Of a stretch of 64,000 nucleotides of DNA, positions 56,633-64,000 are shown piece by piece (positions within the stretch are counted from its first letter, which is position 1; each line of letters begins with the position of its first letter). The notes under the pieces are model-generated. The model saw only the letters and a program-made list of their open reading frames with translations, did not search any database and had not been told where the DNA came from. This stretch comes from a virus. The position numbers and the translations under genes are program-made. The stretch covers positions 55,643 to 119,642 of IMG/VR virus record IMGVR_UViG_3300043429_000130; one strand, written 5' to 3'.

Positions 56633-57232
56633 TTATGCAAGTAATGCGTGATACTCTTTAAAATGCTTGATACGATCAGCTAAACCAATAGTACCACCGT
56701 TTACACGCTTAGTAATTTTGGTTACTACTTCATTACTAGAGCCAGTATCAGCAATAAGATTAAGTCCGTTCTTTTTCCAGAACCAAGCTGCAGACGCTAA
56801 TGCATGTTTAGTAGATACTAAATCAGGATTAGCAAGGATATCATCAGGTACAGCAGCATCAAAAGCAGTATAGTTTTGCTTACCCGTCAATTGGATATAG
56901 CCTCTTCCACGGAACTTGAACCCCTCTCCAGATGCTTCAGGACCATTACCCATACGTCCACCGTATACACGGTTAGCAATCTTTTCTGGTTTACGAGCGT
57001 AAGCGTCAGCTAGTGCTTGTGTAGGAAAGTATTTCTTAAAAATACCCATAAGACCCTTAGCTGAATAGTTAAGGTTTTCCTGAGTAAGTCTGAATCCACC
57101 TGATTCATGTCCACACTGAGCTAAGAAGTGAGCCAGTCTCAATGGTGTATTAACACCAAAGCTTTCCATTACGCCAGGAATTTGTGCAATCACAGTATCC
57201 GGAACGTGTCCTTTTAGTTTGTCTAAGTTCAT
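56633..57232 (-). CDS. Endolysin, glycoside hydrolase family 19
   Basis: HFLAQCGHESGGF, ENLNYS, FRGRGYIQLTG, SAAWFW and TKRVNGGTIGLADR motifs. Confidence 0.92.
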   Translation of the reverse strand: MNLDKLKGHVPDTVIAQIPGVMESFGVNTPLRLAHFLAQCGHESGGFRLTQENLNYSAKGLMGIFKKYFPTQALADAYARKPEKIANRVYGGRMGNGPEASGEGFKFRGRGYIQLTGKQNYTAFDAAVPDDILANPDLVSTKHALASAAWFWKKNGLNLIADTGSSNEVVTKITKRVNGGTIGLADRIKHFKEYHALLA

Positions 57233-57247
57233 ATCTATAATTGTTTA

Positions 57248-57379
57248 CTACTTCTTCTTCTTAGCAGCAGCTTTAGGAGCTACTTTCTTAACTTCTTTCA
57301 CTACCTGAGCAGCAACTACAGCCTTCTGTACCTTGCTACCAAATAAGAACTTCTTTACTAATTCAATAATCTTTTTCAT
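57248..57379 (-). CDS. Small Lys/Ala-rich protein (43 aa)
   Basis: MKKIIELVKKFLFGSKVQKAVVAAQVVKEVKKVAPKAAAKKKK. Confidence 0.6.
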   Translation of the reverse strand: MKKIIELVKKFLFGSKVQKAVVAAQVVKEVKKVAPKAAAKKKK

Positions 57380-57380
57380 A

Positions 57381-58007
57381 CTATTTATTTTTTTTACCGA
57401 TCTTCCAGTAAGTCTGGAAACCATAAGAAATGTTACCGTTTATATCAGATCCGGCTTTAAGTCCGTATATCTTATCTTTTTTAGTCTTTAGAATAAGTCC
57501 TGCTTCTGCAGAATGCAATCCTAAAGTTTGGGTTGTATTTATACCACCTCCTACATACAATTGTGTTTTAGCAGGAGCTTGATTAGTGACAGTTACTGTC
57601 TTAGTAACAAATGGAATCTTGTAATCATACTTCCAAGATCTACCAGTTATCTTGTTTTCCCTGATACTGTCAGTTACAACAACATAACCAAGTGTATCAA
57701 GCTTTACACTGTCAACGTATATAGCTAATGCAGTGTACATCTTAACAAGATTATCAAACTGTACCTTTAGAGCAGCATAATTAGTATCAGCTAAGTACTC
57801 TGTCTTACCTTCTATAAACAAACTATCATGAATAATCTGAGCCGGTAACGGTTTTGAGTATATTAAACTATCCTTTTTGAACCAGGTAGTATCGTGTACA
57901 ATAGTAGTATCAGATGTAGAACGGTCTCCACCGCCCACACAACCTTTATTCTGTAAAAGAACAAAGACTACTAGTACACCTATAATAAAGATGTATATCT
58001 TATTCAT
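57381..58007 (-). CDS. Membrane-anchored lysis-region protein (spanin-like or beta-rich)
   Basis: Start MNKIYIF at 58007, N-terminal TM with a Cys, DTTIVHDT repeats, C-terminal beta strands ending YWKI. Confidence 0.55.
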   Translation of the reverse strand: MNKIYIFIIGVLVVFVLLQNKGCVGGGDRSTSDTTIVHDTTWFKKDSLIYSKPLPAQIIHDSLFIEGKTEYLADTNYAALKVQFDNLVKMYTALAIYVDSVKLDTLGYVVVTDSIRENKITGRSWKYDYKIPFVTKTVTVTNQAPAKTQLYVGGGINTTQTLGLHSAEAGLILKTKKDKIYGLKAGSDINGNISYGFQTYWKIGKKNK

Positions 58008-58242
58008 CGGTTTTCTTTTTAAGTGAGAACTTATCCCCTGTATCACCAATTAAAGCTGCAATACAGATGTACATTACAGCATCTACTAAAGCATCAGAGG
58101 GTTTAATGTCCCCATGGGTAAAACTATTAGCTGTAAGAGTGATACATAGAAACAATGCACACATAAAACCTACCACTGGTTTAATAGAGGTAGATCCACG
58201 CTCATCTTTAAAAAGATCTAAGACCCATTGTTTAAAAGTCAT
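58000..58242 (-). CDS. Putative holin
   Basis: FKDERGSTSIK followed by two TMs and a charged tail, near the endolysin. Confidence 0.6.
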   Translation of the reverse strand: MTFKQWVLDLFKDERGSTSIKPVVGFMCALFLCITLTANSFTHGDIKPSDALVDAVMYICIAALIGDTGDKFSLKKKTDE

Positions 58243-58528
58243 ACTTAATTGTTTTTAGTTTCATAGCTTTGTCATCAGGTAATACAGCTACAACTTCTTG
58301 ATACTCAGGTACTTCTGGAATTGGAGCTATTGGAGCTGATGCAGCTTTAAACATTTGACGTTCTAAGTTATCAATCCTGGTCTTGTCAATATTAGACTGA
58401 GCCATTAGTAACTTTACGTCAGCTTTTATTTCGTTTACATCATTCCAAATGAGTAAACTAACAAGAGATACTAAGGATGGAAATATCCAAACCTTAAAAG
58501 CTGCTATAGACGGATTCTCTCTAGTCAT
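58232..58528 (-). CDS. TM plus coiled-coil protein (holin/antiholin-like)
   Basis: WIFPSLVSLVSLLIW then a coiled coil. Confidence 0.55.
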   Translation of the reverse strand: MTRENPSIAAFKVWIFPSLVSLVSLLIWNDVNEIKADVKLLMAQSNIDKTRIDNLERQMFKAASAPIAPIPEVPEYQEVVAVLPDDKAMKLKTIKYDF

Positions 58529-58536
58529 TTAGAATT

Positions 58537-58812
58537 CTATTTTAAAAGTTTAAACTCATAAACAGAACCTGCGGGCTTCTTCAGACTGATAGTCAATGTG
58601 TTAGGTACAATATTTCCTTTAGAATCTTTACGTACAAAGTAACGTAAGCCTGAAGGTTGAGCTACCACTGATTGACCAACACCTGGAGCTACGTCTGCTG
58701 CAGGAATAACAATAGTATCAACTGGAGTTTTAGCTGTACTAGCAACAGACATCATAGTACCCGGAATTGGGAACCCTAGAGCGTCTTTTTGGGCATAAAA
58801 TTTTTTAGCCAT
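58537..58812 (-). CDS. Hypothetical protein
   Basis: Internal duplication FYAQKDALGFPIPGT / YFVRKDSKGNIVPNT. Confidence 0.7.
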   Translation of the reverse strand: MAKKFYAQKDALGFPIPGTMMSVASTAKTPVDTIVIPAADVAPGVGQSVVAQPSGLRYFVRKDSKGNIVPNTLTISLKKPAGSVYEFKLLK

Positions 58813-58867
58813 TGTGTAAAGTATTTATATATAAATATTTAAAGTGTAGATTTTCTATAATCCCTAC

Positions 58868-58879
58868 ATTATAATATAC
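58868..58879 (-). promoter_or_regulatory. Putative late promoter GTATATTATAAT
   Basis: Repeated motif heading the lysis/envelope operon. Confidence 0.6.
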
Positions 58880-58928
58880 AAAATATCCAGGAATTAACCT
58901 AGATTTGTGCATAAAACTAGAATAACGT

Positions 58929-59426
58929 ATGGAAACCACAGCTTACGCCAACAAGCTTGAAAAAAAGCTTATCACAGAGTTTAAAGACCTGTTCTATGAA
59001 AAAATGGGGTACTATCCTATTATTGTCAGCAGTTCTAAAGTCCATGGGGATACTTCTATTCCCATCATGAGTCTTCATAGTCTGAAGAAAATGTTTGATC
59101 CTTTCTTACCTAAGAGATTTAATGAGGTGATACCTTTAGAGTCTAAGCTTAGAGAAAGAAACATTGTAGAGTTACGATCTATTTTCTGCCACATGGCTAG
59201 GTCTATGAAGTATAACTTAACTTCTATAGGTGAAATGCTAGGAAACAGAGACCACACTACCATCATTCACAACGTTAATGCATTTGCTGACTTAGTAGAA
59301 ACTAATGAAGCATTTCGTCTAAAGTATTTTACTATCCTTAAACATATCAGAGAACAGCATGAGTCACCAATTATGGACAACACTAATCAAGTACAACGTC
59401 AGCCCCAATCAGATTTACTTTCTTGA
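58929..59426 (+). CDS. DnaA C-terminal (domain IV)-like HTH protein
   Basis: RSIFCHMAR...LTSIGEMLGNRDHTTIIH matches the DnaA-C signature. TAGATTTG box at 58900-58907. Confidence 0.8.
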   Translation: METTAYANKLEKKLITEFKDLFYEKMGYYPIIVSSSKVHGDTSIPIMSLHSLKKMFDPFLPKRFNEVIPLESKLRERNIVELRSIFCHMARSMKYNLTSIGEMLGNRDHTTIIHNVNAFADLVETNEAFRLKYFTILKHIREQHESPIMDNTNQVQRQPQSDLLS

Positions 59427-59967
59427 CTGCTGCAGAAACAGAATTAAGCCTACTGGTATAATAAACCAAGAAGCTGAAGGACATATCTGTAGAGCTAAAG
59501 GATTTATAAATGATGAGGGACAACTAACAGACAAAGCAGTATTAATTTTAGATGAGTTTCAAACCTTTCTCCTCAAAAGTAAAAAAAAGGTTACTAGTGA
59601 AGTGCTGGGAGACCAGTTCCTTGATAAGATAAAGTACTATAGAGAGTTATTTCCTAAAGGTACACTGCCATCAGGAGCTGTATCTAAGCAAAGTGTAGCA
59701 CAACTTAAAGATAAGTTTATCAAGTTCTTTCAAACTTATCCTGAATATGAATGGCCCATAGTTCATTTAGCTACAGAGTATTACATCTTTGAAAAAGAGA
59801 AAGTAAACTTTGAGTTTATGAAAAATAGTGGCTACTTTATAGATAAGTTTGGTGTATCTGAACTAGCAAACTACTGTGATCTGTTACTAGAAAGTCCAGA
59901 AATTCTAGAACCAGCTATGGAACAGTATAAAAAACAAAATAGTAAGTGGTTTCAGGAAAACCGTTAG
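59359..59967 (+). CDS. Hypothetical replication-region protein
   Basis: 202 aa with YRELFP and FMKNSGYFI motifs, upstream of DnaB. Confidence 0.65.
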   Translation: MSHQLWTTLIKYNVSPNQIYFLDCCRNRIKPTGIINQEAEGHICRAKGFINDEGQLTDKAVLILDEFQTFLLKSKKKVTSEVLGDQFLDKIKYYRELFPKGTLPSGAVSKQSVAQLKDKFIKFFQTYPEYEWPIVHLATEYYIFEKEKVNFEFMKNSGYFIDKFGVSELANYCDLLLESPEILEPAMEQYKKQNSKWFQENR

Positions 59968-59973
59968 AAAAAT

Positions 59974-60004
59974 TTTGTTTTTTCCCTAATTAGTCATATA
60001 TTTG
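59974..60004 (+). promoter_or_regulatory. Bacteroidota sigmaA-type promoter
   Basis: TTTG (59974-77), 19-nt spacer, TATATTTG (59997-60004). Matches the -33/-7 consensus TTTG/TAnnTTTG. Confidence 0.7.
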
Positions 60005-60025
60005 AATTACATTAAACAATTTAAC

Positions 60026-60250
60026 ATGAGTAACACAACCCACAATTCTGAGGACTTAAAAGATTTCTTTAAGACACTCCCCGTAGTAGACGAGTCAAGA
60101 CCTGATCTACGTATTATAAACCTTGAGATACTAGAGACTGTAGTCAGAAATGCTGAACACAGAGCCTCATTAAACGCCAGTATGAAAAGTTTAGCACAAG
60201 CTAAAGACATCGTACAAGAAGTGTTTGGTAAATCATTAGTTAGTTTATAA
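60026..60250 (+). CDS. Hypothetical protein
   Basis: ATG start MSNTTHN downstream of the promoter. Confidence 0.65.
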   Translation: MSNTTHNSEDLKDFFKTLPVVDESRPDLRIINLEILETVVRNAEHRASLNASMKSLAQAKDIVQEVFGKSLVSL

Positions 60251-60261
60251 TACAATCTTAC

Positions 60262-61314
60262 ATGGATCAAAAAATAGAGAGAGCCTATGGTGCTATTACG
60301 CACGCTGAAGGTTTACGTAAAGGTCTAAAATACATTAATGATAGACGTAAAGGACGTATTAAGTCCTTAAAAACACCTTGGGATGCTATTAACAATGCAA
60401 CCATTGGTGGTATAGAGTGGGGCAGCCTAGTTACAATAGGTGCACGCCCCGCTGCAGGTAAGACTATGTTCATTAGTCATATCCTGAGAGAGTCTAAAAG
60501 ACTTAATCCAGATCAGGATTTTTCTATCCTAGAGTTTCAATTTGAGATGGGTGACGAGTCCTATGCTGCAAGAGAGTTTGCGGCACAGGTTGCTATGGAC
60601 TATAACGTAGTGTTATCTTCTAAAAGAGAGCTTGATGACTTTGCATACCAACAGATGGAAAACTATCTCAAAGATGCAGAAGAGTTAGAAAAGCTTGGCG
60701 TACAGAGGATACGTATTAAGAAGCCTCTTACTTCTGCTGATATGAAGAAAGCTATCCATCACTATTTTAATGAGCTAGGTGGTAAACCTATGATTGTAAC
60801 TATTGACCATAGCTGGCTTGTAAAAAAAGCAGCAGATGAGAGAGAGAAATTACAGACTCTTTACAATATAGCAGATATGCTTATAGATGTAAAGCGTGAC
60901 CTACCCGTTATTGTTATTATCCTTACACAGCTTAACCGTACCATGGAAGATGTATCACGCAGAACTCCAGGTACAATTGCTAACTATCCTAGTTCATCAG
61001 ATATCTTTGGTGGTGATGCTCTTATGCAAGGCTCAGACTTAGTCTTTGCTATAAGTAGACCATTTACACTAAACATAGAAGACTACGGGCCAGAGCATTA
61101 TCAAGCTAGTAAAGAAAATGTATTCTTACATTTATTAAAACTACGTAATGGTGCTACAGATGATAATATCATTTTCTTACAAACAGATTTTAAAAGACAA
61201 CGTATGATTGAGTCTCCTCCTCCACCTACAGTTCAGCAACAACCGCAGACATGGACACCAAGGGGACCTAGAAATGCACAAAGACCTTCGGCTGATGTTG
61301 GCCAAGAATTATAA
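60262..61314 (+). CDS. dnaB: DnaB-like replicative helicase
   Basis: GARPAAGKT, FQFEM, VTIDH, ILTQLNR and LKLRNG motifs. Confidence 0.9.
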   Translation: MDQKIERAYGAITHAEGLRKGLKYINDRRKGRIKSLKTPWDAINNATIGGIEWGSLVTIGARPAAGKTMFISHILRESKRLNPDQDFSILEFQFEMGDESYAAREFAAQVAMDYNVVLSSKRELDDFAYQQMENYLKDAEELEKLGVQRIRIKKPLTSADMKKAIHHYFNELGGKPMIVTIDHSWLVKKAADEREKLQTLYNIADMLIDVKRDLPVIVIILTQLNRTMEDVSRRTPGTIANYPSSSDIFGGDALMQGSDLVFAISRPFTLNIEDYGPEHYQASKENVFLHLLKLRNGATDDNIIFLQTDFKRQRMIESPPPPTVQQQPQTWTPRGPRNAQRPSADVGQEL

Positions 61315-61330
61315 AACAAAAACACACAGT

Positions 61331-61906
61331 ATGACAAGTAACACACCACAAGTAACAGATGTTAAAGAGCTTAAAAAACTTAAGCTAGAAGCTATCAGAG
61401 ATTTCCATCAAGATTTAATTGATGACTTAGAAATCCCACGTACAGACTTTAACATGAAGATGCCGTTCTATGACAAGCATGGTAGAATGGTAGTAGGTAT
61501 TTTCTCTTCTGAGTTTAGAAAAGAAAAAGGTTTCTTCTTTGAGCTAATCACTCGTGATCTTGCACCTGCAGATGCAGAACGTAAAGTTTACAGAGTACCA
61601 TTTAGCACAGCATTTGAAGAAGAGTATGAGCTTAATGAAAAAGGATCTTACCTAGTTCCTTTAGAAGAACTAAGAGTAGTTAATCCTACATCAGTAGCTA
61701 TCAAGAAAACAGCTAGGTTTGGTGATCAAGAAGAACAGTTACCTTCTTCTCTACCTAAGACGCCTATGCAAGCTTACAAAGCACCAGCTACCATGGAAGA
61801 TGCTCCTTACAGTGAGATGACTATTAGAGACTACTACGCTATCCAAACAGGTAAGCCAGTAAGTTCTAAGACATGGTTAAATGAGTTAATTAAATCTACA
61901 AAATAA
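61331..61906 (+). CDS. Hypothetical protein (start about 61331)
   Basis: MTSNTPQV...SEMTIRDYYAI. The ORF-track start overlaps dnaB. Confidence 0.65.
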   Translation: MTSNTPQVTDVKELKKLKLEAIRDFHQDLIDDLEIPRTDFNMKMPFYDKHGRMVVGIFSSEFRKEKGFFFELITRDLAPADAERKVYRVPFSTAFEEEYELNEKGSYLVPLEELRVVNPTSVAIKKTARFGDQEEQLPSSLPKTPMQAYKAPATMEDAPYSEMTIRDYYAIQTGKPVSSKTWLNELIKSTK

Positions 61907-61909
61907 CAT

Positions 61910-62593
61910 ATGGCACAGGGAATCCTAATTATTGCAGAGTCTGGTTCAGGTAAGTCTACTAGTATAGAAAACCTAGATCCAGCAGAGACGTTCATTATTA
62001 ACGTAGCTAACAAAGCTTTACCTTTTAAAGGGTGGAGAAAGAAGTATGTACAGTGGAGTAAAGATAACCCAAAAGGTAATCTATATTCAGCTAGTTCATC
62101 ACAACAGATAGAAGCATGCATGAAGTATGTTTCAGAGAAGCGTCCTGATATTAAGAACTTAGTTATTGATGACTTCCAGTATATGAGTTCTTTTGAGTTC
62201 TTTGAGAGAGTAGACGAGAAGGGTTACGAAAAGTTTACCCAGATCGGTGCTAACCTGGCACGTATTGCACGTATGCCTAAAGACTTAAGAGAAGATTTAA
62301 TGGTATTTATCCTTACACATGCTGAAGAATCTACAGACATGGAGGGTAAGAAAAAGTTTAAAGCTAAGACCATTGGTAAAATGGTTGACGAAAAGCTTAC
62401 ATTAGAAGGATTATTTTCTATAGTTTTGTTTGGCAAAGTTAAGAAAGACAAAGATGGTGTTATCAGATACGTATTTGAAACAGCCAACAACGGTGAGAAC
62501 ACATGTAAAGCACCAAGAGGTATGTTTGACGAGTTTGAAATTATCAATGACTTAGCTATTGTTAGACAGAGCATTATAGATTACGAAAACTAG
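61910..62593 (+). CDS. AAA_24/Sak4-like P-loop ATPase
   Basis: AESGSGKST, LVIDDFQY, ILTHAE, KTIGKMVD and CKAPRGMF motifs. Confidence 0.85.
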   Translation: MAQGILIIAESGSGKSTSIENLDPAETFIINVANKALPFKGWRKKYVQWSKDNPKGNLYSASSSQQIEACMKYVSEKRPDIKNLVIDDFQYMSSFEFFERVDEKGYEKFTQIGANLARIARMPKDLREDLMVFILTHAEESTDMEGKKKFKAKTIGKMVDEKLTLEGLFSIVLFGKVKKDKDGVIRYVFETANNGENTCKAPRGMFDEFEIINDLAIVRQSIIDYEN

Positions 62594-62631
62594 TACTCAA
62601 TTTTTCATTCACATAAATAAATAACAGACGT

Positions 62632-63243
62632 ATGTTTAGTACAAAAGGACAAGAAGTAAAACAAGGTGGAGGTACAGCTAAATCTCTACAAGCAGGAGTA
62701 GTTTATGCACACATTCACAGTGGGCAAGTTAGAACATCTAACAAAGGTGATAAGAAAACCTTAGAGTTAGTATTAGAAGGCCCAGCATCTGAGGGCTTTG
62801 AAGGTTGGGCTATTGATAAAAATAACCCAGACGGACCTAAGTATACAGGACAATCTAGTCGTGTATCTGCAACTATCTGGACTGACCAGTTCAATGATAG
62901 TAACGTATCTAAAAATGAGATCATGTACAAGCTTGCAGTTATTGCATCAGAACTTGGCTTAAGAGATCAGATTGATAATATTTCTGCATCTAGTCTTGAA
63001 GACTGGGTTGAGAAAGCTGTATACATCTTGAAAGGACACAACTTACATTGGTTCTTGAAAGGTACAGAAGAAGAGTACAACGGTAAGACTATTATTAAGT
63101 TGTCTTTACCTAAGTACAAGTTTGTTTCTGCAGAAGAAGCTAAGCTTGAAAAGTTTGATAAGAACAACCAGTATCACTATAAGGCTTTACAAAATAAGCC
63201 AGTAGCTAGCTTTGAGCCAGTGAATAGTGATTTTGATATGTAA
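62632..63243 (+). CDS. Putative single-stranded DNA-binding protein
   Basis: Follows the Sak4-like gene. Beta-rich with an acidic DFDM tail. Confidence 0.5.
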   Translation: MFSTKGQEVKQGGGTAKSLQAGVVYAHIHSGQVRTSNKGDKKTLELVLEGPASEGFEGWAIDKNNPDGPKYTGQSSRVSATIWTDQFNDSNVSKNEIMYKLAVIASELGLRDQIDNISASSLEDWVEKAVYILKGHNLHWFLKGTEEEYNGKTIIKLSLPKYKFVSAEEAKLEKFDKNNQYHYKALQNKPVASFEPVNSDFDM

Positions 63244-63261
63244 TTAGCTGCCCAGAAGATC

Positions 63262-63290
63262 AGGGGGAGAGGTATTGCTCCCCCTTCTTC
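63262..63290 (+). terminator. Probable terminator hairpin
   Basis: AGGGGGAG-AGGTATTG-CTCCCCCTT then CTTC. Confidence 0.55.
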
Positions 63291-63305
63291 ATTTAACTCT
63301 AGATC

Positions 63306-64000
63306 ATGTTTAAGATAAAAAATATGGTGCATGACATCAAGGATGTCCCAGCATCATGGATATTTGAACACTTCTGTAAGCTTGGTGAAAAGCTTAGCGG
63401 GCATGATATAAAGATTAAAAGCTTATTTAATTCTAAAGAACGTACACCTAGTATGTGTATATACTACGATCCTACTAAGGATACGTATAAGTATAAAGAC
63501 TTTAGCTCTGGTAAAGGAGGTTCTGCAATTGATCTAGTAAAAGATATTACAGGACTTAACTATCATAAAGCTTGTACTTTAGTAGTAGAGAATTATAATG
63601 ACTTTGTCCTCCACAATAACGGAGGATATGATGTACAAAAATTTAAACAAGCGTCTAAATATAAAGTTAGTCAGTTTGTTTTCAGGTCCTGGACCACACA
63701 AGACCAGTATTTTTGGACCCAGTTTAATATTGGATCTAAATTACTAAACGAGCATAATGTAAGACCGTTAGATAGTTACACTATGCATAAGGATTGTGAT
63801 GATGGTCCCATTGATCTAACCATTAAAGGTAACTACTTATACGGTTACTTTAAAGATGATGGTACACTGTACAAAATCTATCAGCCCAAAACTCTAGACA
63901 AGAAGTTTATTAAAGTTCAGGATTATATTCAAGGTTTTGAACAGATTAAGAAAGCTCCTTATCTAGTGATCACCTCTTCTCTAAAAGATGTAATGGCTCT
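63306..64000 (+). CDS. DNA primase, partial (runs off window edge)
   Basis: Manual translation MFKIKNMVHDIKDVPASWIFEHF...SLFNSKERTPSMCIY...YKDFSSGKGGSAIDLV...KIYQP...ITSSLKDVM. Primase N-terminal domain-like, leading toward the TOPRIM region. Confidence 0.8.
   Translation, partial: MFKIKNMVHDIKDVPASWIFEHFCKLGEKLSGHDIKIKSLFNSKERTPSMCIYYDPTKDTYKYKDFSSGKGGSAIDLVKDITGLNYHKACTLVVENYNDFVLHNNGGYDVQKFKQASKYKVSQFVFRSWTTQDQYFWTQFNIGSKLLNEHNVRPLDSYTMHKDCDDGPIDLTIKGNYLYGYFKDDGTLYKIYQPKTLDKKFIKVQDYIQGFEQIKKAPYLVITSSLKDVMA

Noticed and set aside
259-63167. Many short antisense or alternate-frame ORFs in the track (e.g. 4171..4509, 10751..11116, 62224..62574)
   Set aside because: They are shadows of longer genes with clear motifs and have no independent support.
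1-64000. Genome-wide stop-codon reassignment (code 15 or 4), as in some crAss-like phages
   Set aside because: Long late genes are intact in the standard code, and TAG/TGA end genes at sensible positions. Only one internal TAG was found.
1-64000. CRISPR array, DGR or integrase
   Set aside because: No repeat-spacer array, reverse transcriptase, adenine-specific TR/VR pair or recombinase was recognised by eye.

Overview
This window is part of a crAss-like (Crassvirales) Bacteroidota phage genome read in the standard code. Protein calls come from my own motif recognition and gene order, not database searches. Minus strand 1-30360 is the virion/late block: three tail-fibre genes (two with C-terminal Peptidase_S74-type chaperones), small tail and capsid accessory genes, a ferritin/Dps-like gene, major capsid, portal, TerL, an atypical 170-nt tRNA-Asp-like gene, PhoH, a PRTase-like gene, a PD-(D/E)XK nuclease and an HU/IHF-like gene. 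A strand switch at about 30361-30607 starts a plus-strand early/middle block (30608-50023) of many small ORFs, an AAA ATPase, HNH-like nuclease, SF2 helicase, UDG and a MoxR/VWA pair, plus an ORF-free, heavily base-paired region of about 690 nt and a smaller related element. Minus strand 50007-58812 is a lysis operon (holin/spanin-like genes, GH19 endolysin). It continues into a seven-gene envelope module: two CsgG-like paralogues, a cohesin-dockerin protein, a lipoprotein resembling a T9SS C-terminal domain, a Ser-linker beta-barrel and membrane proteins. Plus strand 58929-64000 is the replication block (DnaA-C-like HTH, DnaB, Sak4-like ATPase, putative SSB, partial primase). The strongest candidates for new biology are the envelope module, the large structured RNA and the expanded tRNA-like gene.
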